Shown here one piece after another: positions 44,768-53,795 of a stretch of 64,000 bases of DNA. The position numbers and the translations under genes were made by a program. Source of the stretch: an uncultured Candidatus Saccharibacteria bacterium. Its GTDB lineage: Bacteria > Patescibacteriota > Minisyncoccia > Portnoybacterales > UBA2143. The notes under the pieces are model-generated. The model was not told the origin of the DNA. It saw only the letters and a program-made list of their open reading frames with translations, and ran no database searches. The stretch spans positions 111,626 through 175,625 of the forward strand of contig CAYPQZ010000008.1 in assembly GCA_964413015.1 (NCBI GenBank), given 5' to 3'. How positions within the stretch are numbered: the stretch's first letter is position 1; each line of letters begins with the position of its first letter.

Positions 44768-46354
44768 ATGCTTCCAAAAGATAAATATTATTTAAAAGTA
44801 AGTAAGGCGGATGATTTGAAAAGCCCGAGAGAGAAATATCTCTACCGGGCTTTTGAAATCCTACCGGGCTTTTTAGCTTGGTTGACTCTTTTGAGCGTTA
44901 TTTTCCTATCCTGGCTTCAGCCAATTTGGGTAGCTTTTTTTATTATTGCTTTTGACGTTTATTGGCTGCTTAAGACAATTTATCTTTCTTTGCATTTAAG
45001 ATTCAGTTATAACCGGATGAAAAAACAAGTTCAGGACGACTGGCTGAGTAAGCTGAAATCCCTTAAACATAAAGATTGGCGTAAGATTTACCATCTAGTT
45101 ATTCTTCCTTTTTACAAAGAGGACATTGAATCAATCAGGACAACCTTTCAGGCAATAGTTAATTCTGATTATCCTAAAGACAGGGTCATGATTGTTTTAG
45201 CTGCCGAGGAACGGGCCGGCCAACTGGCTAAAAAACTCTCCCAAAAAATTAAAAAGGAATTCAGCGATAAGTTCTACAAGTTTGTTGTCACGGTTCATCC
45301 TAAAGACATTGTCGGCGAATTAGCCGGCAAAGGGGCTAATTCTACCTGGGCGGCCAGACGGTTCAAAAAACAGGTTATTGATCCTTTAAAAATTCCTTAT
45401 CAGAATATTGTTGTTTCCTGCTTTGATATTGATACCCAGATTTTCCCGAAATATTTTTCCTGCCTAACTTATTATTATTTAACAACCGATAATCCGACTA
45501 GAACCAGTTATCAGCCGGTTCCGGTTTACAACAACAATATTTGGCAGACGCCGTGCATCTCTCGGGTAGTGGGCACTTCCGGAACTTTCTGGCAGATGAT
45601 TCAACAGCAAAGGCCGGAACGCCTTTCCACTTTTTCCTCCCAAGCGCTTAGCTTTAAAACCTTGGTTAGAGTAGATTTCTGGCCGGTAAATATGGTTTCT
45701 GAAGATTCGCGGATATTCTGGCAAAATCTGCTTTTTTACCAGGGAGATTATAAGGCAGTCCCTTTATATTATCCGGTTTCTATGGATGCCAACCTGGCAC
45801 CTAATTTTATGAAGACAGCTATTAATGTTTACAAACAGCAAAGACGCTGGGGTTGGGGAGCTGAGAATATCCCCTTTTTACTTTTTGGGTTTTACAAAGA
45901 TAAAAAAATATCTTGGAGAAAAAAATTTCACTGGACATGGGTTCAGCTGGAAGGTTTTTGGTCATGGGCAACTAACGCTTTGCTGATTTTTCTTCTGGGC
46001 TGGCTGCCTTTATTTTTAGGCGGCCAGAAATTCAACGTTACCCTTTTGTCATATAACCTGCCTCGAATAACTAGAATTTTGATGACTTTGGCAATGGTCG
46101 GCTTGGTCGGTTCAGCTATTTACAGCACTCTACTTTTACCCAAGCACCCTAAAAAATATTCTTTGATTAAAAAGGCTTCAAAATATCTGGGCATGGTTAT
46201 CCAGTGGATTCTAGTGCCTTTTACAATTCTTGCCTTCGGAGCCCTCCCCGGTCTGGAAGCCCAAACCCGTCTGATGCTGGGCAAATATATGGGGTTTTGG
46301 GTTACTCCGAAGAAAGGTGAGTTTTCTACGGGGCGGATCACGAAGAAGAAATGA
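44768..46354 (+). CDS. processive family-2 glycosyltransferase (cellulose/hyaluronan-synthase-like) with C-terminal TM domain
   Basis: D, DxD (FDID) and QRRW (KQQRRWGWGAEN) motifs; multiple TM helices. Confidence 0.65.
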   Translation: MLPKDKYYLKVSKADDLKSPREKYLYRAFEILPGFLAWLTLLSVIFLSWLQPIWVAFFIIAFDVYWLLKTIYLSLHLRFSYNRMKKQVQDDWLSKLKSLKHKDWRKIYHLVILPFYKEDIESIRTTFQAIVNSDYPKDRVMIVLAAEERAGQLAKKLSQKIKKEFSDKFYKFVVTVHPKDIVGELAGKGANSTWAARRFKKQVIDPLKIPYQNIVVSCFDIDTQIFPKYFSCLTYYYLTTDNPTRTSYQPVPVYNNNIWQTPCISRVVGTSGTFWQMIQQQRPERLSTFSSQALSFKTLVRVDFWPVNMVSEDSRIFWQNLLFYQGDYKAVPLYYPVSMDANLAPNFMKTAINVYKQQRRWGWGAENIPFLLFGFYKDKKISWRKKFHWTWVQLEGFWSWATNALLIFLLGWLPLFLGGQKFNVTLLSYNLPRITRILMTLAMVGLVGSAIYSTLLLPKHPKKYSLIKKASKYLGMVIQWILVPFTILAFGALPGLEAQTRLMLGKYMGFWVTPKKGEFSTGRITKKK

Positions 46355-46437
46355 AAAAAGCCGAGAATAAAAGTTTTTCGTTATTTATTCCCGGCTAATG
46401 GCAGGACTCAACAGTTTTTTCTGTTTTATCTCATTGC

Positions 46438-46833
46438 CTAATGAGCGAGCTCTCGAGAAAAGGGCCTCACTCGACCATTAGACAAGGAGTTTTTACATTC
46501 TACGCAGTATCTGGTCCAGGGGACCAGTTGCAGGCGTCCCAAAGGAATTTGACCGCCGCAATTTTCACAAATTCCGTAAGTACCTTTTTTGGCTTTCTCT
46601 ATTGCTCCGTCAATTCTCTCAAGGCATTTTGTCAAATTGCCTAACCTATTTCCGTTAATACTTGGAGTAACGGAATCAGCTATGCGATCTTTAGCGCTCG
46701 TTCTTCTTGCGTTTGAGCTGATTTCTTCTCTGAAATTAGTTCGAGTCTTGTTGAATTCCAGGAAGAATTCATTTCTTTTGCCTTCTAACATTTTTATTAT
46801 TCTTGCTTTTGTCTGTTCATCAATCTTTTCCAT
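46438..46833 (-). CDS. DksA/TraR-family C4 zinc-finger protein
   Basis: CENCGGQIPLGRLQLVPWTRYCVEC C4 finger, coiled-coil N-terminus. Confidence 0.7.
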   Translation of the reverse strand: MEKIDEQTKARIIKMLEGKRNEFFLEFNKTRTNFREEISSNARRTSAKDRIADSVTPSINGNRLGNLTKCLERIDGAIEKAKKGTYGICENCGGQIPLGRLQLVPWTRYCVECKNSLSNGRVRPFSRELAH

Positions 46834-46942
46834 TTGTCCCCCCTATTTAAATGTTAAATACCTGCCTTTTGTTGTTATTTTAATTAGAGGATTGTATTTT
46901 GTCAAGTAAACTTGCTCCAATGCATAAAGGACTGTCCTTTAA

Positions 46943-49081
46943 TTACTCCAAATGAATTGTCTTTTGGAAATTGTCCAGTTTATTCTTCAAGAGAGGATTA
47001 GAAAGGTTTTCCCCCAGAACCTTTTTAGCCGCCTGGCGGCTTTTTTGAATTAACTCTAAGTCATCCAAAGAAGCCATAATTAGGTCCGGTAGACCCCATT
47101 GCTGAGCGCCGATAAAATTTCCCGGTCCGCGTATTTTTAAATCCTTTTCGGCTAACTCAAATCCGTCCTTGGCTTTAAGGATAGCTTTTAGCCGCTGATG
47201 GGTCTTTTTAGCTGACGAATCGGTGAAAAGGAAACAATGGGACTGGTCTTTCCCTCGGCCAATCCGACCGCGAAATTGATGAAGCTGGGCTAGTCCGAAA
47301 CGGTCAGCTCCTTCAATAAGCATAATGGTTGCATTAGGAATATCCACCCCTACCTCAACTACCGAGGTGGAAACTAAAACATCTATTTTACCATCCTTGA
47401 ATTTTTTCATAATTTCTTCTTTCTCTTTCGGCTTAAGCTTTCCGTGCAGCATAGCTATTTTAAACTTCGGAAAAATCTTCTTTGAAAGTTTCTCATATTC
47501 TTCTGTTACGGCCCTTACATCCGTCCATTCGTCTTTTTTAGTTTTTAATTTTGAGTTGTAATTTTGGCTTTTGGCTTTTGGCTTTTGAGTTTCGATTCTG
47601 GGGCAAATCACAAAGGCCTGTTTTTTTTGTTGGATTTGTTTCTTAATGAAATTATATGCTTTTTGACGGTCGTCTGGCGCGACTATTTGAGTAATGATTT
47701 TTTGTCTGCCTTTAGGCAATTCCTTAATTAAGGAAATATCCAGGTCTCCGTAAACAGTTAAGGCCAAGGTGCGAGGAATCGGAGTGGCGGTCATTGATAA
47801 AAAATGGGGCTGATGAATATTTTTTTGCAGAGCGGCTCTTTGAAGGACTCCAAAACGATGCTGTTCGTCAATAATGGTTAGACAGAGGTTTTTAAAATTT
47901 AAATCTTCCTGTAGCAAGGCATGGGTTCCGATAGCGATATCTATTTTCCCTTGACTAATTTGTTTTTTCAGCTGGATTTTAGGGATTGTTCTTCTTTTTG
48001 AAGAATAATCACTAAGGGTAGACTCTGTCCTAGTTAGTAGGGCGATTTTTACGCCGGATTTTTTAAGTAAGTTCTTAAAGGTCTGAAAGTGTTGCTTGGC
48101 CAGAATTTCTGTAGGAGCCATCAGAGCGGTTTGATGCCCGGCTTTAGCTGTTTCCAAAGCAACCATTACAGCGACAACGGTTTTGCCTGAGCCGACATCA
48201 CCATTAAGCAGACGGTTCATTGGTTTGTCTTGGGCTAAATCCTGAAAAATTTCCCAGGCGGCTAATTTCTGGCTGTTGGTTAGTTTAAAAGGAAGATTTT
48301 TAACAAAAGATTTAATGAGCTTCTGATTGAAGGGAATTGGTTGCGCCTTTTCCTGGCTTAGTTTCTGTTTTTGTTGAAGAAACATTAACTGCATTAAAAA
48401 AAGCTCGTCAAAAGACAATCTTTGGCGGGCTTTTCTGGCTAATAAAAGATTATCGGGGAAATGAATTTGCTTGATTGCTTGGCCAAGGTTCATTAAGGAA
48501 AAGTTCTTTTTAATTTGCTCCGGTAAAAAATCGACGAATTGAGAGCTTAAAGGCAGAAGCGGCTTGATTAAATAGCGGAGATACCGGGAGCTTAAACCGG
48601 TGGTTTCCGGATAAACTGGAGTCAACCGGCCAGTATGTGTGAATTGAGAACTGTCCACATTTTTAGTGACAGTCCCTACTATCTCATATGCCGGATTAGA
48701 AAGAACCAAGGTTCCTCTGGCAGAACTTAATTTGCCTGAAAAATTAATTAACCTATTTTTCTTGAGCGTTTCGGTTAAATAGGGCTGGTTGAACCAAACA
48801 GCTTTAATAACGCCGCTGTCGTCTTTAATCAGAGCCTCGGTTAAAACCATCCTTTTCCGGAAAATCCGGGCATTCTCTATTTCAGCAATTTTCCCCTGAA
48901 TGGTCGCCGGCTGGCCCTTTTTCAACTGGCTAATTGGTAGAATCTGGCTGAAGTCTTCATAGCGGTGGGGAAAATGAAAAAAAAGGTCCTTAATTGTCTT
49001 AATGCCAAGCTTATGAAGCTTTTTCAAATAAACAGGACCTACTTTCTTAATTTGTTCAATTTTAGTTAGCAGGGATAACAT
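46943..49081 (-). CDS. recG: ATP-dependent DNA helicase RecG
   Basis: N-terminal wedge, GDVGSGKT Walker A, DEQHRFGV motif II, 712 aa. Confidence 0.85.
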   Translation of the reverse strand: MLSLLTKIEQIKKVGPVYLKKLHKLGIKTIKDLFFHFPHRYEDFSQILPISQLKKGQPATIQGKIAEIENARIFRKRMVLTEALIKDDSGVIKAVWFNQPYLTETLKKNRLINFSGKLSSARGTLVLSNPAYEIVGTVTKNVDSSQFTHTGRLTPVYPETTGLSSRYLRYLIKPLLPLSSQFVDFLPEQIKKNFSLMNLGQAIKQIHFPDNLLLARKARQRLSFDELFLMQLMFLQQKQKLSQEKAQPIPFNQKLIKSFVKNLPFKLTNSQKLAAWEIFQDLAQDKPMNRLLNGDVGSGKTVVAVMVALETAKAGHQTALMAPTEILAKQHFQTFKNLLKKSGVKIALLTRTESTLSDYSSKRRTIPKIQLKKQISQGKIDIAIGTHALLQEDLNFKNLCLTIIDEQHRFGVLQRAALQKNIHQPHFLSMTATPIPRTLALTVYGDLDISLIKELPKGRQKIITQIVAPDDRQKAYNFIKKQIQQKKQAFVICPRIETQKPKAKSQNYNSKLKTKKDEWTDVRAVTEEYEKLSKKIFPKFKIAMLHGKLKPKEKEEIMKKFKDGKIDVLVSTSVVEVGVDIPNATIMLIEGADRFGLAQLHQFRGRIGRGKDQSHCFLFTDSSAKKTHQRLKAILKAKDGFELAEKDLKIRGPGNFIGAQQWGLPDLIMASLDDLELIQKSRQAAKKVLGENLSNPLLKNKLDNFQKTIHLE

Positions 49082-49152
49082 TAAATATTGACCCCGTTAT
49101 CCGACAGGGCATAATATTTGTTAGCCAAATTAAAATTTGGATAAATATTATG

Positions 49153-49226
49153 CGTCCTCGGCAGGACTTGAACCTGCGACCTCTTCCTCCGCAAGGAAGC
49201 GCTCTATCCAACTGAGCCACGAGGAC
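49153..49226 (-). tRNA. tRNA-Arg (GCG)
   Basis: Anticodon stem CTTCC/GGAAG, loop UU-GCG-GA. Confidence 0.65.
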
Positions 49227-49793
49227 TTAAAATTTCAAACTGCGGGCTAAATTGTCAATCAGGGATTCTTTATGTTTTCTTTCAGGCAGGTATTTAAGTA
49301 AAAGCCTTCTTACTTCAACCGGGTTTTCTTCGCCTAAAGGGATTTTAATGTAGGGCATAATTGTTTTCTGACTGCGGATGCTTAATTCTCTGATTAACGG
49401 CGGTTCATAAAAAACCCAGAAAGACCTTAAGCTGTCAAAAGTGTAGAAAGTTTTGTTAATTTTAATTCCTTTAGGAGTGATTGTTAAGTTAAGGGTATTC
49501 GGTCTTTTAAAAGCAAAAGCGGTTACGGAAAAACAGCTTAAGATAATTAGAAAGGCAAAAATGAAATTCTTGCTAAAAATGGCCCAGATGAACAATCCGG
49601 TGGCAATCACTCCGATAGTAATAAACCAAGATTTGCTTTTTTTGTAATATTCAAATTCCGGAGCCGTCCATTCAAGGCGATCCTTTTTTCTTTCAGTTTC
49701 CTTTTTCGTTTCAGCTTTTCCCTCAACGTTTTTGGTATCACGTTCAGTCGGATTCATTTGTTTTTCTTTTAAATTTAAAACATTCTCAGTCAT
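49227..49793 (-). CDS. hypothetical membrane protein
   Basis: Lys/Glu-rich N-terminus, two TM helices, no family match recognised. Confidence 0.4.
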   Translation of the reverse strand: MTENVLNLKEKQMNPTERDTKNVEGKAETKKETERKKDRLEWTAPEFEYYKKSKSWFITIGVIATGLFIWAIFSKNFIFAFLIILSCFSVTAFAFKRPNTLNLTITPKGIKINKTFYTFDSLRSFWVFYEPPLIRELSIRSQKTIMPYIKIPLGEENPVEVRRLLLKYLPERKHKESLIDNLARSLKF

Positions 49794-49800
49794 ATTTTTA

Positions 49801-49886
49801 ACTGGCGGACTTCGTCACGCCGTAGCCACGCTTCAGCGTAGCTACTGGCGGATTTCGTCACGCCGTAGCCACGCTTCAGCGTGGCG
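49801..49886 (-). repeat. tRNA-Ser-associated double-hairpin repeat (2 tandem copies, first truncated)
   Basis: Same unit as 7941-7986. Confidence 0.8.
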
Positions 49887-49890
49887 AAGG

Positions 49891-49976
49891 CGGAGAGGGT
49901 GGGATTCGAACCCACGGTCGCCTAAGGCGACAGCAGTTTTCAAGACTGCCCGATTAAACCGCTCTCGCACCTCTCC
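49891..49976 (-). tRNA. tRNA-Ser (TGA)
   Basis: Acceptor GGAGAGG, anticodon loop CU-TGA-AA, long variable arm. Confidence 0.85.
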
Positions 49977-49983
49977 AAGAGGA

Positions 49984-50223
49984 TTACAATAAATGTTTTT
50001 TAATAAATGCTCTACTTGAACCGGATTTAAGATATTTTTCGAATTCGTATGCTTTGTATTTATCTTCAGTCGCAAAATAAAAGTTTAGCTTTGCTGGCAA
50101 ACGATTTACTGTTGCTGCTGCATGTCCTTTTTGATGTCGTTGAATTCTATCATTCAAGTCGTCAGTACAGCCTACATAATAGCCATCTTTGCATTTTAAG
50201 CTATAAACGTAATACATAAACAC
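49984..50223 (-). CDS. GIY-YIG nuclease family protein (YhbQ-like), paralog of 8081-8323
   Basis: MFMYYVYSLKCKDGYYVGCTDDLNDRIQRHQ has the GIY-YIG core. Ends 7 bp before the tRNA-Ser(TGA) 5' end. Confidence 0.7.
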   Translation of the reverse strand: MFMYYVYSLKCKDGYYVGCTDDLNDRIQRHQKGHAAATVNRLPAKLNFYFATEDKYKAYEFEKYLKSGSSRAFIKKHLL

Positions 50224-50238
50224 GTACCCGCTTTTGCG

Positions 50239-50328
50239 TAGCTACTGGCGGACTTCGTCACGCCGTAACCACGCTTCAGCGTAGCTACTGGCGGACTTCG
50301 TCACGCCGTAGCCACGCTTCAGCGTGGC
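50239..50328 (-). repeat. tRNA-Ser-associated double-hairpin repeat (2 tandem copies)
   Basis: Two 45-bp units, one with G to A in the loop. Confidence 0.8.
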
Positions 50329-50333
50329 GAAGG

Positions 50334-50418
50334 CGGAGAGGGAGGGATTCGAACCCTCGGTACCCGAAAGTACAACACCTTAGCAGGGTGCCCCATTCGA
50401 CCGCTCTGGCACCTCTCC
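50334..50418 (-). tRNA. tRNA-Ser (GCT)
   Basis: Acceptor GGAGAGG, anticodon loop CU-GCT-AA, long variable arm. Confidence 0.8.
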
Positions 50419-50456
50419 GTATTTTTACTTTAACATCTTGCTATTTAACAGTCAAT

Positions 50457-51119
50457 TTATCTCCTGGCAATGACTAATCCCCAGATTTCTTTGGGCTTGA
50501 GGGGTTTTAGGACTCGAGCGCATTCTCCCAAGGTGGCTCCGGTGGTGGCAATGTCGTCAATAAGAATAGCCGTAAAAGGACGTAATTTTAAGGACTGTCC
50601 TTTATTTAACATAAAGGCGTTTTTGATATTCTGCTTTCTTTGCCGAGCATTTTGGATTTGAGCCTGCGGCAAATTATATTTTTTCCGGACAATCAAGTTA
50701 TTAACAATTGGAATATTTAATTGCCGGCTAATTTCAAGAGCCAACAATTCTGATTGATTAAAGCCCCGCCAACGCAATCGTTTTTTGTGCAAGGGAACCG
50801 GAATTAGAATAGAATTCCTTTGAATAATGAAATCAGAAAGGACATTTATCCTTTGGACTAGGAGACATCCTAGCGGTTCAGCTAAATCTTTAATAAAGTC
50901 ATACTTGTAATTATGAATAGCTTTTTTAATCAGCGGATGAGCGTAATAGCTGGCCGCAACTAGACCGGTTAAGCCGCTTCCGGAGTTTAATTTTAAAGGC
51001 GGTTTTTTACTTAACGGGATTTGGCTAAAGCAAGTCGGGCAAATAAACTCTCGGTGAGTTTCTTTGCCGCAGCCAAGGCAGTAGACAGGGAAAAGTAAAT
51101 TGATTAAGAGATTTATCAT
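50457..51119 (-). CDS. comF: ComF-family protein (zinc finger + phosphoribosyltransferase domain)
   Basis: N-terminal CLGCG...CPTC, C-terminal ILIDDIATTGATL PRTase motif. Confidence 0.75.
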   Translation of the reverse strand: MINLLINLLFPVYCLGCGKETHREFICPTCFSQIPLSKKPPLKLNSGSGLTGLVAASYYAHPLIKKAIHNYKYDFIKDLAEPLGCLLVQRINVLSDFIIQRNSILIPVPLHKKRLRWRGFNQSELLALEISRQLNIPIVNNLIVRKKYNLPQAQIQNARQRKQNIKNAFMLNKGQSLKLRPFTAILIDDIATTGATLGECARVLKPLKPKEIWGLVIARR

Positions 51120-51213
51120 ATAGATAAAGATATCATAAAAGGCTGGTTGTGGATATCTTTTTTTTGAATCGTTTGTTAAATGTGATATACTTTTTAAGAC
51201 AGTAAGAACGATA

Positions 51214-52287
51214 ATGTTTTTATTTAAAAAAAAACCAAAGAATTCTTTAGGTATTGATATCGGCGCTTCAGCAATTAAATTTGTTGAGTTGGAAAAAAAA
51301 GATGGAAGGCACGTATTGAAAAATTATGCGATTTATTCTCTAAAGGAATATTTGAAGAAAAGCAACTATCAGGTTGGATTAAGCTCTCTTAAGATTACTA
51401 ATCAAGAGATTGCCGAGATAATCAAAAGAACGATTAAAAAAGCAAATATTGTTTCCAACTCTCTCTGTTTATCTGTCCCGGTTTATTCCAGTTTTTCTAC
51501 GGTAATTGATTTTCCTGATATGCCCGAAAAAGAAATTGCTTCAGCAGTTTCTTTTGAAGCTAAAAAATATATTCCGGTTCCGGTATCTGAAGTAATTTTG
51601 GACTGGAGTATTGTTGGTAATGTTGGTAAAACGTCGGACGGTAAATCCGTCCAGCAAATTCTGTTAGTGGCGGTTCCTAAAGACCTTGTTAATGGGTATA
51701 ATCAAATAGTTCGTTTAAGTGGTTTAAAACTTAAGGCCATAGAAGAAGAAGCTTTCAGTTTGAGCCGCGCCTTAATCGGCAACGATAAAAGTGTAGCGGT
51801 TATGATTGATTCAGGCGCCCGCTCTCTGAATGTCAGTATTGTTGATAACGGCTATATAAAAAATATACATAATCTGGAAATGGGTGGCGTAAAATTGAAC
51901 AAAATCATTGCTAGCCAAATGAACATTGATTTGGAAAAAGCCGAGGCATTGAAAAAGAAATTACCAGATAGCGAATTAGCCAACGGGCATTATCCTCGTC
52001 TCAGAGGCGTCATTCATTCCAGTCTAGAAGTTGTGGTTGCAGAAATTAAGAAAATTATTGATTCTTATCAGGAAAAATACGACCGGAAGGTAGAAAAATG
52101 CATTTTGGTTGGAGGAGGCGTTAGATTGTTTGAATTTGTTGATTTTTTGTCCAAGAGATTGAACGTTGATGTTTCTTTAGGCGATCCTTTTGCACGGATA
52201 GTTTATCCTTCTTTATTAAAACCGGCATTAAAAGAATTAGGTCCATCTCTGGCCGTTGCTACGGGATTGGCTATGAGGGAAAATTAA
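51214..52287 (+). CDS. pilM: type IV pilus assembly protein PilM
   Basis: Actin-like ATPase fold, GIDIGASAIKFV N-terminus. Confidence 0.75.
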   Translation: MFLFKKKPKNSLGIDIGASAIKFVELEKKDGRHVLKNYAIYSLKEYLKKSNYQVGLSSLKITNQEIAEIIKRTIKKANIVSNSLCLSVPVYSSFSTVIDFPDMPEKEIASAVSFEAKKYIPVPVSEVILDWSIVGNVGKTSDGKSVQQILLVAVPKDLVNGYNQIVRLSGLKLKAIEEEAFSLSRALIGNDKSVAVMIDSGARSLNVSIVDNGYIKNIHNLEMGGVKLNKIIASQMNIDLEKAEALKKKLPDSELANGHYPRLRGVIHSSLEVVVAEIKKIIDSYQEKYDRKVEKCILVGGGVRLFEFVDFLSKRLNVDVSLGDPFARIVYPSLLKPALKELGPSLAVATGLAMREN

Positions 52288-52296
52288 AATTTTATT

Positions 52297-52881
52297 ATGG
52301 ATATAAAATTGATGCCAAGTAAATATAGCAGAGAGCAAGGTGGTTCTGAAACAGAATCAACGGCGACTGTTAATAAAAAACTATCTTCTAAATCAGGCGT
52401 TTGTCTTGGTTTTTCTTTAATTATTTTAACAGCTGTTCTGCTGGTCTGTTTTGGAATCTGGGGTTACCAAAACAATTTGTCTAAAGAAAAAGAGAAGTTG
52501 GCGGAAGAGATAGAACAATTACAGAGCCAGAGGGACTTAAATTTGGAATCCAAGCTTGTGAACCTAAAGAAGGGCATAGAAAACTTTAAGAAGCTTATTA
52601 ACAAACACATCTATTTTTCTAATATTTTGCGCATGTTTGAAGAATTAACCCTGCCTCAAGTAGCTATTTCAGGTTTAAGCATAGATTTGTCCGAAAACAG
52701 CGTAAGCTTGAGAATAGATTCGGTTAATTACGAAACCTTAGCGAAGCAGATAGTTACTTTTGAGGAAGACGTTCGTATAAAAGAATTGGATACTTCCGGA
52801 GTTAATATGGATTCAGCTGGCTCGGTCGGCTCTAGTTTAGGAATAAAATTAGAACCTGATTTTTTGTATAAACATGAATAA
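52297..52881 (+). CDS. PilN-like pilus assembly protein
   Basis: Single TM plus coiled coil, follows pilM. Confidence 0.5.
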   Translation: MDIKLMPSKYSREQGGSETESTATVNKKLSSKSGVCLGFSLIILTAVLLVCFGIWGYQNNLSKEKEKLAEEIEQLQSQRDLNLESKLVNLKKGIENFKKLINKHIYFSNILRMFEELTLPQVAISGLSIDLSENSVSLRIDSVNYETLAKQIVTFEEDVRIKELDTSGVNMDSAGSVGSSLGIKLEPDFLYKHE

Positions 52882-53455
52882 AAAAATTATAGCCAGTTTA
52901 ATTATTTTAGCTGCCAGCTTGGCACTGGGGTACTTTTTTATTCCCTCTCATTGGTCTTCGGTTGAAGCTCTCCGGACGGAATTGTCCCAAAAAAAACAAA
53001 CCCTAAACGAGCTTAATGAACTTTTAGAAAAAATTAGTCAAATTGAAGGGGAGTACCAAAATATATCCGATGAAGCGCAAAAGATATTCTTAAGCTTGCC
53101 GGCTAAAAGAGATATTCCCTATTTATTAGTCCATTTTGAAAACTTGGCTTCCAGCAACGGGTTGTTGCTTGAGTCAATAAATTTCGGGCAGCTTGGCAAA
53201 AACGAACAGCAGACGGCGCAACAGACAAAAATTCAATCGGCGAATATCCTTTCTAATCTGCCCTGCTTTACGGCGGATTTAAATATGACCGGCTCTTACG
53301 AGGCTTTTAAGAATTATTTAGCCGCTTTGGAAAAGAGCGCTCGGTTGATGGATGTTAAATCTGCCAGCTTTGCCATTTACGACCGAAGCAACCTTTCTGC
53401 CGGTTTAGGGATTTTTAATTTTAATTTATCATTGAATGTATACTACCTTGATTAA
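52874..53455 (+). CDS. PilO-like pilus assembly protein
   Basis: Single TM plus coiled coil, overlaps the pilN-like stop. Confidence 0.5.
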   Translation: MNKKIIASLIILAASLALGYFFIPSHWSSVEALRTELSQKKQTLNELNELLEKISQIEGEYQNISDEAQKIFLSLPAKRDIPYLLVHFENLASSNGLLLESINFGQLGKNEQQTAQQTKIQSANILSNLPCFTADLNMTGSYEAFKNYLAALEKSARLMDVKSASFAIYDRSNLSAGLGIFNFNLSLNVYYLD

Positions 53456-53457
53456 TT

Positions 53458-53790
53458 ATGTTTGAAAATTCGAACAAAAAACAAAATCTTGTTTTGCCTC
53501 AGGAGAAAAAACAGCGTCAATTGATGTTAGTCTTAGCTGTTATGATTTTGGCCATTATAGTTATTTTATTTTTCTATTTCAAACCTTTTGCGTCTAAGCA
53601 ACAGGTAACAACTGAAGAGAATTATTTTCCTGCTGCTCAGAAACAGCTTTTAAAAGAAGTCCTGGTTGATGAAATAGATTTTGACATTAGTTTTTTAAAA
53701 AAATCATTTTTCCAGTCACTGAAAGTCTACGGGGAGTGGCCTTTAAAGATTGGACAGAAAGGCCGGGCGAATCCGTTTTTGCCATATTAA
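53458..53790 (+). CDS. small membrane protein (possible PilP-like)
   Basis: One TM; position in the operon. Confidence 0.35.
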   Translation: MFENSNKKQNLVLPQEKKQRQLMLVLAVMILAIIVILFFYFKPFASKQQVTTEENYFPAAQKQLLKEVLVDEIDFDISFLKKSFFQSLKVYGEWPLKIGQKGRANPFLPY

Positions 53791-53795
53791 GTTCA

